Shown in pieces: positions 30,577 to 42,001 of a stretch of 64,000 bases of DNA; position 1 is the first letter of the stretch; the number at the start of each line of letters is the position of its first letter. Position numbers and translations under genes: made by a program. The stretch is from assembly GCA_030648955.1 (NCBI GenBank), contig JAUSHB010000006.1, forward strand, positions 11,866 through 75,865. The letters run 5' to 3'. The notes below the pieces were generated by a model. That model saw nothing but the letters and a program-made list of their open reading frames with translations. It was not told the origin of the DNA and searched no databases. This stretch comes from a bacterium (lineage in GTDB: Bacteria; Patescibacteriota; Minisyncoccia; Phycocordibacterales; JAUSHB01).

Positions 30577-31827
30577 TCAGTAATTCTTAAGCCGCAGAGC
30601 TTTCTCATGCATGCGGATCTTTTCAAGCGCTTTTGCTTCAATTTGGCGGATACGTTCGCGTGTCACGCCAAACTCTTTCCCCACTTCTTCGAGTGTGTGT
30701 ATGACGCCATGCGCATCACCCAATCCATGCCGCATTTCAAGAATTTTACGTTCTTTCGGAGAAAGATCGTCTAAAATCTCTGTTACTTGATCGGTAAGAA
30801 TGCGCCGTGAAGAATCCTGATCAGGTGCAAGAATTTTCTCGTCCGCAATAAATTCTCCCAATGTTGACTTCTCGTCACCCTCATCGCCGATCGGTTTTTC
30901 AAGTGAAACGGTGTCTTGATCGATCTTTTCAATCGTATGAATTTTGTCCACTTCAACACCCATTTCAGTTGCAATTTCTTCCGCAAGCGGTTCGCGTCCA
31001 AGGTCTTGCGAAAGACGGCGCACTACTTGTTTGTATTTCGCAATCGTCTCAACCATGTGCACCGGAATACGAATGGTGCGCGATTGGTCTGCAAGCGCGC
31101 GAGTGATCGCCTGCCTAATCCACCATGTTGCATAGGTGGAAAATTTATATCCCTTCGACCATTCAAATTTGTCAACTGCTTTAAAAAGCCCTAGATTCCC
31201 TTCTTGAATAAGGTCTAAAAGGGTTAAGTCTGCACTTCTTCCCACATATTTTTTTGCTATAGAAACAACAAGGCGAAGGTTGGCACGGGCAAGAAGATTT
31301 TTTGCCTCCATGTCGCCTTTTTCTATGCGTTTAGCAAGTTCTTTTTCTTCATGCGCACTGATAAGCGGATATTGCCCAATCTCTTTAAGATACATCTGAA
31401 TCGAGTCATATGATGATCCTTCGCTATAAAGTTTTTTGCCTGTTTCCGGTCCCGTCTGGAGAAGATCGCCTCCCTCAAGTACATCGATGCCTGCTTTATT
31501 GAGACGCTCATACAACTCATCGAGAAATGAAACATCATCTTCAATATTGGGAAATTCTTTAAGGAGCTCATCGTACGTCACAAATCCGCGCTCATACCCT
31601 TTTAAAATAAGCGTGTCAGCTTTTTTATTTAAACTGTCTCCCCGTTTTTTTGCAACTTTTATGAGTTTTGCTTCGATTGCTTTTTCTTTTTTTGTAGGCT
31701 TCTTAACCAGCTCTTTTTTTATCATCTTCTTTGATACAGAAGAAGAGCGTTTTACCTTACGAGATAAAACTTTTTTCGTTTTTTTCACCTTTTTCGTTTT
31801 CTTTTCTGTGGAAGATTTTTTTACCAT
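30577..31827 (-). CDS. rpoD: Primary sigma factor RpoD with Lys-rich N-terminal extension
   Basis: [59 protein letters not shown]. Confidence 0.95.
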   Translation of the reverse strand: MVKKSSTEKKTKKVKKTKKVLSRKVKRSSSVSKKMIKKELVKKPTKKEKAIEAKLIKVAKKRGDSLNKKADTLILKGYERGFVTYDELLKEFPNIEDDVSFLDELYERLNKAGIDVLEGGDLLQTGPETGKKLYSEGSSYDSIQMYLKEIGQYPLISAHEEKELAKRIEKGDMEAKNLLARANLRLVVSIAKKYVGRSADLTLLDLIQEGNLGLFKAVDKFEWSKGYKFSTYATWWIRQAITRALADQSRTIRIPVHMVETIAKYKQVVRRLSQDLGREPLAEEIATEMGVEVDKIHTIEKIDQDTVSLEKPIGDEGDEKSTLGEFIADEKILAPDQDSSRRILTDQVTEILDDLSPKERKILEMRHGLGDAHGVIHTLEEVGKEFGVTRERIRQIEAKALEKIRMHEKALRLKNY

Positions 31828-31850
31828 AGATTAATAATTATAGTATTAAA

Positions 31851-33587
31851 TTACTTTTTTACAATCTCACTTAATTTTTTTGAAATTTCTTGGCATTTTT
31901 TTAAAATTTCCATTGACCGCGTCGTGTCTCCTTTATGTTCCACATCTCGCAGTTCATCCATCGCAATGACAAGTTGTTCCTTAAGGACTTCTTCTTCTAA
32001 ATTTGCAAGAAGGAGTTCTATCTCTTGGGGTAATTCTTTCAAATCTTGATAATATATTTCCGCTTCAAAAATAAGGTTGTTTTTTTCTTTTTCTGGAAGA
32101 TCTTTTTTTTCTTTAAGTGTGCTTTCGCCGACAATCACTCCATATTGCTGTTCCCATCCTACCCTGTCCGCCAATGGCTTTGAAGTACTTTCTTGCCAAA
32201 GCAGAATTCCTAATATCTTTCGCTCTATGTTTTGCCGTCTTCCTAATTCAGCAGATTGACTACTTTTGTCCGCCTTTTCTTCGGGTTCTCGATAAGAAGT
32301 GTCTGCAAGCTCGTTTCCTCTAAGTTTTTTGAGTTCTTCCCAGATTGGCTCTTCACTTAAATGGAGCGCTCGTGCCGTTTCAGAAACAAAATGTGCCTGA
32401 TCAATAGTGTTTCTTAATTTCACGATATAGGGAAGAACAAGCTCGCTGGTTTTTTTACGAAACGTCCTCATATCATATCCTTTCCCCGAAAGAGCCTTGA
32501 GGTAAAAATCTATAATGTGTCGCGCATTGAGAACACTGTGTTTCCAGCCTTCCGGGTCTTTCATGACAACGTCTGCCGGATCAAGACCTGAAGGAATTTC
32601 CGCAACTCTCACATCAAATCCTAGGGATAATGCCAAGTCAACACCTTTTTTTGATGCGGACAATCCCGCTTCATCAGCATCAAATGCAATAACAAGTGTA
32701 TCAGCAAGACGTTTAATTAAAATCAAATGATCTTTAGTAAGCGCAGTCCCCGATGATGCGACAGTATGTACGACCCCAGATTGATGTGAAAGAACGAGGT
32801 CCATTTGCCCCTCAACCAAAACAGCTGTATTTTCTTTTCGAATCGATTGTTTTGCTTTGTCAAAACCGTACAAAATTTTCGACTTGTGAAAAACTTCGGT
32901 CTCTGGACTGTTTACATATTTTGCCTGTTTGTCAACATCACCTTGTTCGGTCCCTGGAAGAATTCTGCCTGAAAATCCAACGATTTTCCCTCCATTATCA
33001 GCAATAGGAAACATCACTCTTCCGCGGAATCTGTCGTAATATCCTTTCTCGCTTTTTATTGAGAGCCCTGCTTTCAGAAGATGTTCTGGAGTAAATCCCT
33101 TTTTTTGAAGAAATTCGGAGAGTGATCGCCACTCCGAAGGAGCATACCCCAACCGAAATTCTTTAATCGTTTCATCCATGATTCCACGCTTGATGAGATA
33201 CTCATGAGATTCTTTATTTTTTTCTAAATGATTCGAAAAGAACTTTGTGGACTCTTCAAGTACGGCGAAAATTTTCTCTCGCTCGCGGCTTTCTCCAGGT
33301 TCCGATACGTTCATACGAACTCCCGCACGTTCCGCTAATGTACCGAGTGCTCCACGAAAATCTAATCCTTCGATTTCCTGAACAAAACTCAACATATCTC
33401 CGCCTCGATTGCATCCAAAACAATGATACGTTTCGCGTGAGGGTGAAATGAAGAATGACGCAGTTTTTTCGTTATGAAACGGACATCGAGCTTTAAAATT
33501 ACTCCCCGCCCGTTCAAGCTTTATGTAAGAGCCTATAACGTCGACGATACTCAATTTTGATTTTATCTGTTCGACAACGGATGCCAT
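31851..33587 (-). CDS. dnaG: DNA primase
   Basis: CPFHNEKTASF...CFGC zinc finger, DRFRGRVMFPI, KYVNSPET, Toprim EGQMD and FDAD. Confidence 0.97.
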   Translation of the reverse strand: MASVVEQIKSKLSIVDVIGSYIKLERAGSNFKARCPFHNEKTASFFISPSRETYHCFGCNRGGDMLSFVQEIEGLDFRGALGTLAERAGVRMNVSEPGESREREKIFAVLEESTKFFSNHLEKNKESHEYLIKRGIMDETIKEFRLGYAPSEWRSLSEFLQKKGFTPEHLLKAGLSIKSEKGYYDRFRGRVMFPIADNGGKIVGFSGRILPGTEQGDVDKQAKYVNSPETEVFHKSKILYGFDKAKQSIRKENTAVLVEGQMDLVLSHQSGVVHTVASSGTALTKDHLILIKRLADTLVIAFDADEAGLSASKKGVDLALSLGFDVRVAEIPSGLDPADVVMKDPEGWKHSVLNARHIIDFYLKALSGKGYDMRTFRKKTSELVLPYIVKLRNTIDQAHFVSETARALHLSEEPIWEELKKLRGNELADTSYREPEEKADKSSQSAELGRRQNIERKILGILLWQESTSKPLADRVGWEQQYGVIVGESTLKEKKDLPEKEKNNLIFEAEIYYQDLKELPQEIELLLANLEEEVLKEQLVIAMDELRDVEHKGDTTRSMEILKKCQEISKKLSEIVKK

Positions 33588-33595
33588 AAAGTCAG

Positions 33596-33674
33596 TTTAT
33601 AAAGTAGAAAGTTTGTAAAGTTTGTAAAGAAAAGAGTTGTATCTTCACTTTATGAACTTTATAACCTTACGAAC
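33596..33674. repeat. Degenerate 9-mer tandem repeats forming inverted arms between rpoC and dnaG
   Basis: Left GTTTATAAAG TAGAAAG TTTGTAAAG TTTGTAAAG; right CTTTATGAA CTTTATAAC CTTACGAAC. Confidence 0.6.
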
Positions 33675-33684
33675 GTTCAACTCA

Positions 33685-36600
33685 TTATACAGATTCTTCC
33701 TTCTTTTCCCCTTTTGTTGCCATCGTCTCACGAAATCCTGTTCCTGCAGGAATAATACGACCGATGATAACATTTTCCTTGAGACCGCGAAGCTCGTCAA
33801 CGCCCCCGCGAATCGCCGTATCAATGAGAACACGCGTTGTATTTTCAAATGACGCTGCTGAAAGCCAGCTTTGCGTGGTAAGCGCGACTTCAGAGATGCC
33901 AAGAACCACGAAATCCGCCTTTGCCTTTTCACCGCCATCTTCCGCAACACGATCATTCTCTTCAGCAAGTTCGCCGGATTCAACAACCTCCCCTAACCCA
34001 AATCGCGTTCCCGCAGGATCCTTAATCTTTCTTCGAGAGAACATCTGTCGCACAATGACTTCTATGTGTTTACGTGAAATTGAAGCTCCTTGAAGTTGAT
34101 AAATTTTATTGACTTCGTTGATGATGTAATTTTCTGCGGCATCTTTGCCTCCGTATTCAAATACTTCGGCAATATCTGCAGAACCGTCAGTAAGAAGAGC
34201 CCCCTTTTTTACCGTTTCGCCCACCTTCACGAGTATCATTCTTCGTGGATGTACGATATATTCAATTTTTTCTTTTTTAGTTTTTGTGAGAGATTTTGGA
34301 TCAGGGAGAACAACAATCTTCTTTTCTTGTTCAGAATCTAATAGTTCTATAACATCTCCATCTATCTGACTAACTACCGCAGGACTCTTGGGAATTCTTC
34401 GCTCAAAAATTTCTTCCACGCGCGGAAGACCCATAGTAATATCTCCTCCCACTTCTGCAATTCCTCCTGAGTGGAACGTACGCATGGTTAACTGTGTTCC
34501 CGGCTCTCCAATCGCCTGTGCAGCAATTATTCCAACCGCTTCTCCATATCCAACAAGAACATTCTTAGAAAGATCTGCGCCGTAACATGTTTTACAAATC
34601 CCATGCAATGCCTTACAGGTAAGTGGTGATCGTACATGGGCTTCGGTAATTCCATCTTTTTCAACGGCTTGCGCTTCTTTTTTAGTGAGAAGATGTCCTT
34701 TTTTGAAAAGAGTTTTTCCATTTATGCCAACAATATCCTTCATGATAACTCTTCCACGAATGTCACGTGAGAGCGGTGTTTCAAACCCCGCAAGACTTTC
34801 GCGCTTAATAATTTTTCCCTCCTTGTCCCCACAATCTTCTTCCGTAATAATTGCGTCTTGCGCAACATCAACAAGTCTTCTTGTGAGATATCCGGCCTTT
34901 GCGGTATTAAGCGCGGTGTCAGCAAGACCCTTTCGAGAACCGTGAGTCGTGATAAAAAATTCAAGCGGTGAAAGCCCTTCTTTGTTCGATGGAATAATTG
35001 GGAAATCAAGCGTACGTCCTGCGGTGTTAATAATAAGACCTTTCATACCAGCCATGTTTACCACCTGTGAAAGCGTTCCACGCGCGCCTGATTTAATCAT
35101 GTCATACGCGGATCCATTCGGGTCAAGGGTGGTGGGCATTATTTTTTCAATTTCATTTCGAACCCCCTGCCAAATTTCAATAACTTTACGATATCTCTCT
35201 TCGTCAGAAAGAAGCCCGTCGTTATATTGAGTTACCACAATTGCATTTTCCGCTCGTGCTTTTGCGACAATTTCTTTTTTTGCGGTTGGAACGCGTACTT
35301 CATCAATTCCCCAGGTAATTCCTGATTTTGTAACATACTTATACCCAAACGCTTTGATTTTATCGAGAACATCTGGTGTTGCATCAATACCATACGTATT
35401 AATGAGATCGTCGACAATTTGTTCAAGATCTTTCTTGCCGACTTCTTTGTTAATGTAGGCGAAATCTTTTGGCAAAACGCTATTAAAGAGGAGCCTCCCG
35501 ACAGATGTTTCAAATACTCCGCCTCCAAATTCTTTGTATTTTGGACTATCAGTGCCCATCACTTTTATTTTTGCGCGAAATCCAACTTGCCCAAAGTCAT
35601 ATGAAGTAATGGCATTGTTCGGGGTTGGGAAAATTTTTCCTTCTCCTTTGTCGCCAGGAATTATCTTGGTCATCCAATAGCATCCGAGTACGATATCTTG
35701 TTTTGGGTTTACAATAGGATCGCCATTGCCGGGACCAAGAAGATTTTTATTTGATGCCATGATTTCACGGGCTTCTTCTTGAGCTTTTTTAGAAAGCGGA
35801 ACGTGTACTGCCATCTGGTCACCGTCGAAGTCGGCATTAAACGCCGTACACACGAGCGGATGGACCTGGATTGCATTGCCTTCGATAAGCACAGGGTTGA
35901 ATGCTTGAATACCAAGACGGTGAAGTGTCGGCGCACGATTAAGCATTACGTACTTACCCTTAATCACTTCTTCCAAAATTGCCCACACTTCCGGCACGCC
36001 CTCGTCAATAAGGCGTCCTGCTCCGCGAATATTAAATGCTAATTCACGTTCAAGGATTTTTGAAATAACGAAAGGGCGGAAAAGCTCAAGTGCCATGTGT
36101 TTGGGAATTCCACATTGGCTTAATTTAAGATTTGGTCCAACAACAATAACGGAACGACCCGAATAATCAACACGTTTTCCTAAAAGGTTTTGTCTGAAAA
36201 GACCTTGTTTACCCTTGAGACTGTCGGAAAGTGATTTGAGGGTTCGTTTTTGTGCTTGACTCATGGCAGCAGATTGCGCTCGCCTGATTGAGTTATCCAG
36301 AAGAGAATCAACGGCTTCCTGTAAAATTCGTTTTTCGTTGCGTAAAATGACATCGGGCGCACCGATCTCTTTTAATTTTTTAAGTCGATTATTACGATTG
36401 ATTACACGACGATAGAGATCGTTGATATCTGATGTCGCATGCCTTCCTCCTTCGAGTGCAACCATCGGGCGAAGCGCGGGAGGAGTAATGGGGATTACCG
36501 TAAGAAACATCCACTCTGGACGAACTTTTGAATTAATCATAGCTTTTACCACACCAAGCCGTTTTTGAAGTTTTGCACGTTCCGCAGCGCCGGCATTGAG

Positions 36601-37317
36601 AAGCTCTCCCTGAAGTTTATCTTTGAGTTTATTAAGATCAAGATTTTTGAAGATATTATAAATCGCTTCCGCGCCAATACTTGCTTCAAACACTGTGCCG
36701 TATTTAAGTGAAAAACGATGATAGGTTGCTTCATCAAGCACACGACCAAGGCTGATACTTTCAATTTCTTTTTTAGCGTTACTCAATAGTTCCTTGATCT
36801 TCTCCTTTGATTTATCGTCACTAAGTGCATTCACTTTCACCTTGTACTCTGTATCAAGCTTTTTCATGAGTTTCTCTTTCTCGTTTTCGTTAACTTGAGT
36901 TATGGCATAACCGGCAAAATAAATCACCTTCTCAAGTTCAGAAACAGGGATATTGAGAATAAGCCCGATTCTTGAAGGAACGCCACGCAAAAACCAAATA
37001 TGAGCAACGGGACTTGCAAGTTCAATATGCCCCATGCGCTCTCGACGTACGATACTTCGTGTTACTTCAACTCCGCATTTTTCACACACAATATTTTTAT
37101 AACGAATCCTCTTATATTTTCCACAATAACATTCATAATCTTTTTCGGGACCGAAAATGCGTTCGTCAAAAAGACCCCCACGTTCGCTACGCTGGGTTCG
37201 ATAGTTGATGGTTTCAGGCCTTGTAACTTCGCCATATGACCATTCTTTAATACGCTCCGGGGATGCAAGCTTGAGAAGTACAGCATCAAAATCAAATTTT
37301 TCTTTCATTGGTTTCAT
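33685..37317 (-). CDS. rpoC: RNA polymerase beta' subunit
   Basis: [12 protein letters not shown] catalytic motif, N-terminal zinc finger, [13 protein letters not shown]. Confidence 0.99.
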   Translation of the reverse strand: MKPMKEKFDFDAVLLKLASPERIKEWSYGEVTRPETINYRTQRSERGGLFDERIFGPEKDYECYCGKYKRIRYKNIVCEKCGVEVTRSIVRRERMGHIELASPVAHIWFLRGVPSRIGLILNIPVSELEKVIYFAGYAITQVNENEKEKLMKKLDTEYKVKVNALSDDKSKEKIKELLSNAKKEIESISLGRVLDEATYHRFSLKYGTVFEASIGAEAIYNIFKNLDLNKLKDKLQGELLNAGAAERAKLQKRLGVVKAMINSKVRPEWMFLTVIPITPPALRPMVALEGGRHATSDINDLYRRVINRNNRLKKLKEIGAPDVILRNEKRILQEAVDSLLDNSIRRAQSAAMSQAQKRTLKSLSDSLKGKQGLFRQNLLGKRVDYSGRSVIVVGPNLKLSQCGIPKHMALELFRPFVISKILERELAFNIRGAGRLIDEGVPEVWAILEEVIKGKYVMLNRAPTLHRLGIQAFNPVLIEGNAIQVHPLVCTAFNADFDGDQMAVHVPLSKKAQEEAREIMASNKNLLGPGNGDPIVNPKQDIVLGCYWMTKIIPGDKGEGKIFPTPNNAITSYDFGQVGFRAKIKVMGTDSPKYKEFGGGVFETSVGRLLFNSVLPKDFAYINKEVGKKDLEQIVDDLINTYGIDATPDVLDKIKAFGYKYVTKSGITWGIDEVRVPTAKKEIVAKARAENAIVVTQYNDGLLSDEERYRKVIEIWQGVRNEIEKIMPTTLDPNGSAYDMIKSGARGTLSQVVNMAGMKGLIINTAGRTLDFPIIPSNKEGLSPLEFFITTHGSRKGLADTALNTAKAGYLTRRLVDVAQDAIITEEDCGDKEGKIIKRESLAGFETPLSRDIRGRVIMKDIVGINGKTLFKKGHLLTKKEAQAVEKDGITEAHVRSPLTCKALHGICKTCYGADLSKNVLVGYGEAVGIIAAQAIGEPGTQLTMRTFHSGGIAEVGGDITMGLPRVEEIFERRIPKSPAVVSQIDGDVIELLDSEQEKKIVVLPDPKSLTKTKKEKIEYIVHPRRMILVKVGETVKKGALLTDGSADIAEVFEYGGKDAAENYIINEVNKIYQLQGASISRKHIEVIVRQMFSRRKIKDPAGTRFGLGEVVESGELAEENDRVAEDGGEKAKADFVVLGISEVALTTQSWLSAASFENTTRVLIDTAIRGGVDELRGLKENVIIGRIIPAGTGFRETMATKGEKKEESV

Positions 37318-37322
37318 GGGTA

Positions 37323-37410
37323 TAAAATTAAAGTTTAAAAATCAAAGTTTAAAATTATTGTGTCGCCTTCGGCGACGCCGTAATTTTTCATTTTGATATT
37401 TGCATTTTTA
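37323..37410. repeat. Heptamer-periodic inverted arms around a GC hairpin between rpoB and rpoC
   Basis: AAAGTTT AAAAATC AAAGTTT AAAATT ... GTCGCC-TTC-GGCGAC (37362-37376) ... TTTTCATTTTGATATTTGCATTTTTA. Confidence 0.6.
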
Positions 37411-40400
37411 TTTTTCTTTCGTCCCGCCTTCTCTTTTTCGCAGTTCGACATCAAGACCAAGACCGCGAAGGTTGTTCAGTAATACATTAAATGATTCAGG
37501 GAGATTGTTTTGCCTGACATCATCACCCTTTACGATGGAATCAAACGCGGCTGAACGCCCCGATATGTCATCTGACTTTACCGTAAGCATTTCGCGTAAC
37601 ACATGCGTTGCGCCATATCCTTCTAGTGCCCAGACTTCCATTTCTCCAAATCGCTGTCCTCCACCTTGTGCTTTTCCGCCAAGTGGCTGTTGTGTGATGA
37701 GAGAGTATGGTCCAATGGAGCGCATGTGAATCTTGTCTTCAACCATGTGGTGAAGCTTCATAATATACATATACCCTATGGCACTTTTTTGTTCAAAAGG
37801 TTCTCCTGTTCTGCCATCATACAGTTGCACCTTTCCATCAGCAGGAAACCCAGCTTTCACCAATTCTTCTTTTATTTCTTCAGCCGTTGCACCCATGAAC
37901 CCAGGAGATATTGCCTGATAATTAAGCGTGTGCGCAGCAAGTCCCAAGTGAAGTTCGAGCACTTGTCCTAAGTTCATTCGAGAAGGAACGCCGAGAGGTG
38001 TCAAAATAACATCTACCGGCATACCGTCTTCACCGTAGGGCATATCTTCTTCAGGTAAAATAATAGAAATAACTCCCTTGTTCCCGTGACGCCCCGCAAG
38101 TTTATCGCCCACAGAAACACTGCGGAGTTGTGCAACTTCAATATGAATGCGTTTGATGATTCCCGAGTCGAGATTGTCTCCCTTGTCTCGTGAGAATACT
38201 TTTACGCCCACCACGCGTCCGCGCTTGCCATGCTCCATGCGAAGTGATGTATCTTTCACGTCACGCGCTTTTTCACCAAAGATTGAACGAAGAAGTCGCT
38301 CTTCTGGAGTAAGTTCCGCTTCTCCTTTGGGTGTAATTTTTCCGACCAAAATATCGTTCGGATGTACCTCGGCACCTACGCGCACAATACCATCCTCATC
38401 CAAATCTTTCAGTTTGCCTTCGCCGACATTGGGAATATCATGTGTTGTTATTTCTGGACCAAGTTTAGTGTCTCGCACATTTACCACAAACTCATCCATG
38501 TGAATGCTTGAGAATTTACTGTTTTTAACCAGACGTTCTGAAAGAATGATCGCGTCTTCGTAGTTTGCACCACCCCATGCCATAAACGCAACCATTACAT
38601 TTTGCCCAAGCGCAATCTGACCACCTTCGGAAGAAGAAGTATCTGCTAACACATTCCCTTTTTTTATTTTCTGACCCAGATCAACCGCGCAACGTTGATG
38701 AAACGCGGTGAAACCGTTGGTTCTTGAATATGAAATAAGGTTGTATTCATGGTCTTTACCTTTCGTATCTTCAATAATAATTTTTCGCGCATCAAGATAT
38801 TTAACCACACCATCTTCTTTCGCAATAACCACTCTTCCTGTATCACGCGCCGCTTTTTCTTCAATGCCCGTCGCAACAATTGGCGCTTCTGGTGAAATGC
38901 ATGGTGTTGCTTGTTTTTGCATGTTTGAACCCATGAGCGCGCGGTTTGCATCATCGTGCTCAAGAAATGGAATCATTGAAGTAGCTATTGAAAATGCCTG
39001 ACCGGGAGCAACGTCGATAAAATGGACCATATCACGAGGAACAAGGGTTGGTTTTCCACTTGAACGTACTTCAACGTGTTCGTCGGCAATGTTGCCATGT
39101 TCATCATAGCGAATCGCACCATGGGCAATGTTATAACCTTCCTCTTCAAGTCCGTCAAAATATACAATTTCTTTTGTAATTTTTCCTTTTACTACTTTTG
39201 CGTATGGGGTTTCAATAATGCCGAAGTCATTTACACGTGCGTAGGTTGACAAACGGAGAATAAGACCGATATTCGGACCTTCTGGTGTGTGGATTGGGCA
39301 AAGTCTGCCGTAATGTGATGGGTGAACGTCACGCACCTCAAGACCTGCACGCTCTCGTGTGAGACCTCCGGGACCAAGTGCGGAGAGCGTGCGCAAATGT
39401 TCAATCTCCGTAAGAGTATTGTACTGCGCCATGAACTGCGAAAGTTGGTTGGTCGTAAAAAATTCTTTGATTCGGGCCTGGAGTGGACGCGGGCTGATGA
39501 GCTGAATCGGAAGTGTTGCATCAGAATCGATTGTAGACATTCGGTCCTGAATATTTCGCTTCATTTGAGACATTCCAACACGTACCTTCTGCTGCATCAT
39601 TTCTCCTACGGGTCGCACGCGCCGCGATCCCAAATGGTCGATATCGTCAGGAAGCGCTTTGGGTGTCTGATTGAGGGTAACAATATGGCGAGCAATGATT
39701 GCAATATCATCAGAAGTTACTGTTCTTTTTTCTATATCTGTTTTTCCCGTACCCTTACCAAATCTACGATTAAATTTAAAACGACCGACTTCTGAAAGGT
39801 CGTATTTTTCCTTGCTGAAAATGGAAAGAATAAATTCTTTTGCATGATCTGCTGTCGCGAGATCTCCATCACGCAAGCGCTTATAAATTTCAACATAGGA
39901 GTCGGCTACACTTTTTGCAACATCTTTTGATAGAGAAATCTCGATAACTTTTTTGGCTTCTGGATTATCACTAAACGCTTTCAGTATCGCCTCATCAGTG
40001 TGAAGTCCTAGTACGCGAAGAAGGGACGTAATGGGAAATTTACGCTTCTTATCAATACGCACATAAATCGCTCCATCTGATTCGGATTCTATTTCAACCC
40101 ACGCTCCACGAGCAGGGATAATTTTTGCACCAAAATATCGCTTGCCTTTTGATTCCTGAATATTAAAGAAAATTCCGAACGAACGCGCGAGTTGTGGCAC
40201 AACCACGCGTTCCACTCCATTGATAACGAACGTACCATGTTCGGTCATAAGCGGAAAATCAGCAACGAAAATCTCCTGCTCTTTATCTATGTTAAGAGTC
40301 TTGTTCTTGAGTTTGACGCGTGCACGGATTGGAGCTTCGTAAGTTAGTTTATTTACCTTAGCGTAATGCTCGTCATATTTGGGCTTTGAAAGTTCAAATC

Positions 40401-40578
40401 CCGTGAACTCAAGTTCAAACTTTTTTTCCGAATAATCTTTGATGGGAGAAAACTCCTTGAATACTTCTGCGAGACCTTTCTCGATAAGCCATTGATACGA
40501 TTTTACTTGTGTATCCGTAAAATTTGGCAACTGTTCGAGAGCTTCTTTGTAACGTGAAAAATGTTTTTTTTCTCTCAT
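37408..40578 (-). CDS. rpoB: RNA polymerase beta subunit
   Basis: DIDHLG, TPEGPNIGL, HDDANRALMGSNMQ, GDKLAGRHGNKG, GGQRFGEME. Confidence 0.99.
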   Translation of the reverse strand: MREKKHFSRYKEALEQLPNFTDTQVKSYQWLIEKGLAEVFKEFSPIKDYSEKKFELEFTGFELSKPKYDEHYAKVNKLTYEAPIRARVKLKNKTLNIDKEQEIFVADFPLMTEHGTFVINGVERVVVPQLARSFGIFFNIQESKGKRYFGAKIIPARGAWVEIESESDGAIYVRIDKKRKFPITSLLRVLGLHTDEAILKAFSDNPEAKKVIEISLSKDVAKSVADSYVEIYKRLRDGDLATADHAKEFILSIFSKEKYDLSEVGRFKFNRRFGKGTGKTDIEKRTVTSDDIAIIARHIVTLNQTPKALPDDIDHLGSRRVRPVGEMMQQKVRVGMSQMKRNIQDRMSTIDSDATLPIQLISPRPLQARIKEFFTTNQLSQFMAQYNTLTEIEHLRTLSALGPGGLTRERAGLEVRDVHPSHYGRLCPIHTPEGPNIGLILRLSTYARVNDFGIIETPYAKVVKGKITKEIVYFDGLEEEGYNIAHGAIRYDEHGNIADEHVEVRSSGKPTLVPRDMVHFIDVAPGQAFSIATSMIPFLEHDDANRALMGSNMQKQATPCISPEAPIVATGIEEKAARDTGRVVIAKEDGVVKYLDARKIIIEDTKGKDHEYNLISYSRTNGFTAFHQRCAVDLGQKIKKGNVLADTSSSEGGQIALGQNVMVAFMAWGGANYEDAIILSERLVKNSKFSSIHMDEFVVNVRDTKLGPEITTHDIPNVGEGKLKDLDEDGIVRVGAEVHPNDILVGKITPKGEAELTPEERLLRSIFGEKARDVKDTSLRMEHGKRGRVVGVKVFSRDKGDNLDSGIIKRIHIEVAQLRSVSVGDKLAGRHGNKGVISIILPEEDMPYGEDGMPVDVILTPLGVPSRMNLGQVLELHLGLAAHTLNYQAISPGFMGATAEEIKEELVKAGFPADGKVQLYDGRTGEPFEQKSAIGYMYIMKLHHMVEDKIHMRSIGPYSLITQQPLGGKAQGGGQRFGEMEVWALEGYGATHVLREMLTVKSDDISGRSAAFDSIVKGDDVRQNNLPESFNVLLNNLRGLGLDVELRKREGGTKEK

Positions 40579-40999
40579 AACGCAAAAAATAAAAGGGGAT
40601 AAATCTTTTGTTGTCGTCGCTCGTTCGGAACCGCAAAACTTTATTTTGTGGTTCTCTCACATCGTTAGACAATAAACGCAAAAAGAAACCCTACCTTTTA
40701 ATTATGAAGGCTATTAAACTAGCTTATAATGCTAAGAATTTTTTTGCAAAATTATGCAAAAGCTAGACTCTTAATTACTGCGAAAAGTGAAATGTTTTAC
40801 ATTTCTTGCTTCATCGCAAATATGGGGAGAAATATGCAGAAATTCAGAAATAACTCAATCATTCAAGCGTTAGAGGGATTATACACTCGGTGTACTTTTT
40901 GTCAAATTTTTCTGGAAATCCTACTGGGGATAACGGCCAGGAATGCACTTTTGTTTGTATCGAGTTGTTCAATTCATGTGCGATTGGAGGATATGTTAA

Positions 41000-41716
41000 T
41001 TACATATCAGAAGCTAAGCGTTTTCTTTTCCACTCTTCTATTGCCTTGTGATTCCCCGATAGCAAGACTTTGGGAACCCGATATTTTTTACCTTTGTACT
41101 CCAAGATTTCAGGTCTTGTGTATACATCAGATGAAGTGATACGATGCTCTTCTATAGATTCATCTTTCCCAAGAACTCCGGAAATATGACGCGCTGTTGC
41201 GTCGATAACTATCGCCGAAGGTAGTTCCCCCCCTGTCAAAACATATGGGCCTATGGAGACTTCTTCGGCATGAAGTATTCTTTTTACCCGTGCATCTACT
41301 CCTTCATAACGTCCAGCAATGAGTATAATATCCGTATACCGTTTACTAATATTTATTGCATACGAATTGGTAAATTGTTTTCCAGAAGTGGCAAATAAAA
41401 TTACTTTTACTTTCCTGTTGGCTTTTTTCTTAATCTTTTTTTGAATCATTTCTACCGCATCAATGAGAGGTTTTGCTTGAAGTACCATACCAGGACCTCC
41501 TCCGTAAGGTCTATCATCTACCTTAAGATACTTTTTAGTCTTCGGTAATCCACTCAAAACCTTTTTTTGTCCACGCCGGTGAATAAAATCCCGAAGTTGA
41601 TATAACGAAATTGTTATAATCTTATGGTGTACCGCGCGCCCTAGAATAGAAGCTTGTAGATAGGGCTCAATCGCTTCTGGGAAAAGTGTGACTATGTGAA
41701 AATTAACTTGTGCCAT
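41000..41716 (-). CDS. trmD: tRNA (guanine37-N1)-methyltransferase
   Basis: VTLFPE, VDDRPYGGGPGMV, GRYEGVDAR, SIGPYVLTGGE, YTRP, LLSGNH. Confidence 0.96.
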   Translation of the reverse strand: MAQVNFHIVTLFPEAIEPYLQASILGRAVHHKIITISLYQLRDFIHRRGQKKVLSGLPKTKKYLKVDDRPYGGGPGMVLQAKPLIDAVEMIQKKIKKKANRKVKVILFATSGKQFTNSYAINISKRYTDIILIAGRYEGVDARVKRILHAEEVSIGPYVLTGGELPSAIVIDATARHISGVLGKDESIEEHRITSSDVYTRPEILEYKGKKYRVPKVLLSGNHKAIEEWKRKRLASDM

Positions 41717-42001
41717 ACTACAAACCCTTTAAATAGTCCGCCCAAGGCGAATTACTGCAGGATAAAGAAACTATATCATCGGAGAAAAAATCCACAAGAA
41801 ACCGCTGGTCCGAGCTCAACATCATTTGATTTTGTACAGCCACTACTCCCCCAGTTCATCCTTTGCTTTAATAATTGGGATAAAAGTGAGTGTGAATAAT
41901 GTTAAATGGGGGAAAATAGGGAGATAGTGTATGATATGCGTAAGATATATATGGCTCAATGTACGTGGTAACCAGGAAGAAGATTTCACCTAAAAATACA
42001 T

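Noticed and set aside
40729-41139. 136-aa plus-strand ORF upstream of rpoB
   Set aside because: Overlaps trmD antisense, has no recognisable motif and probably spans the rpoB promoter region.
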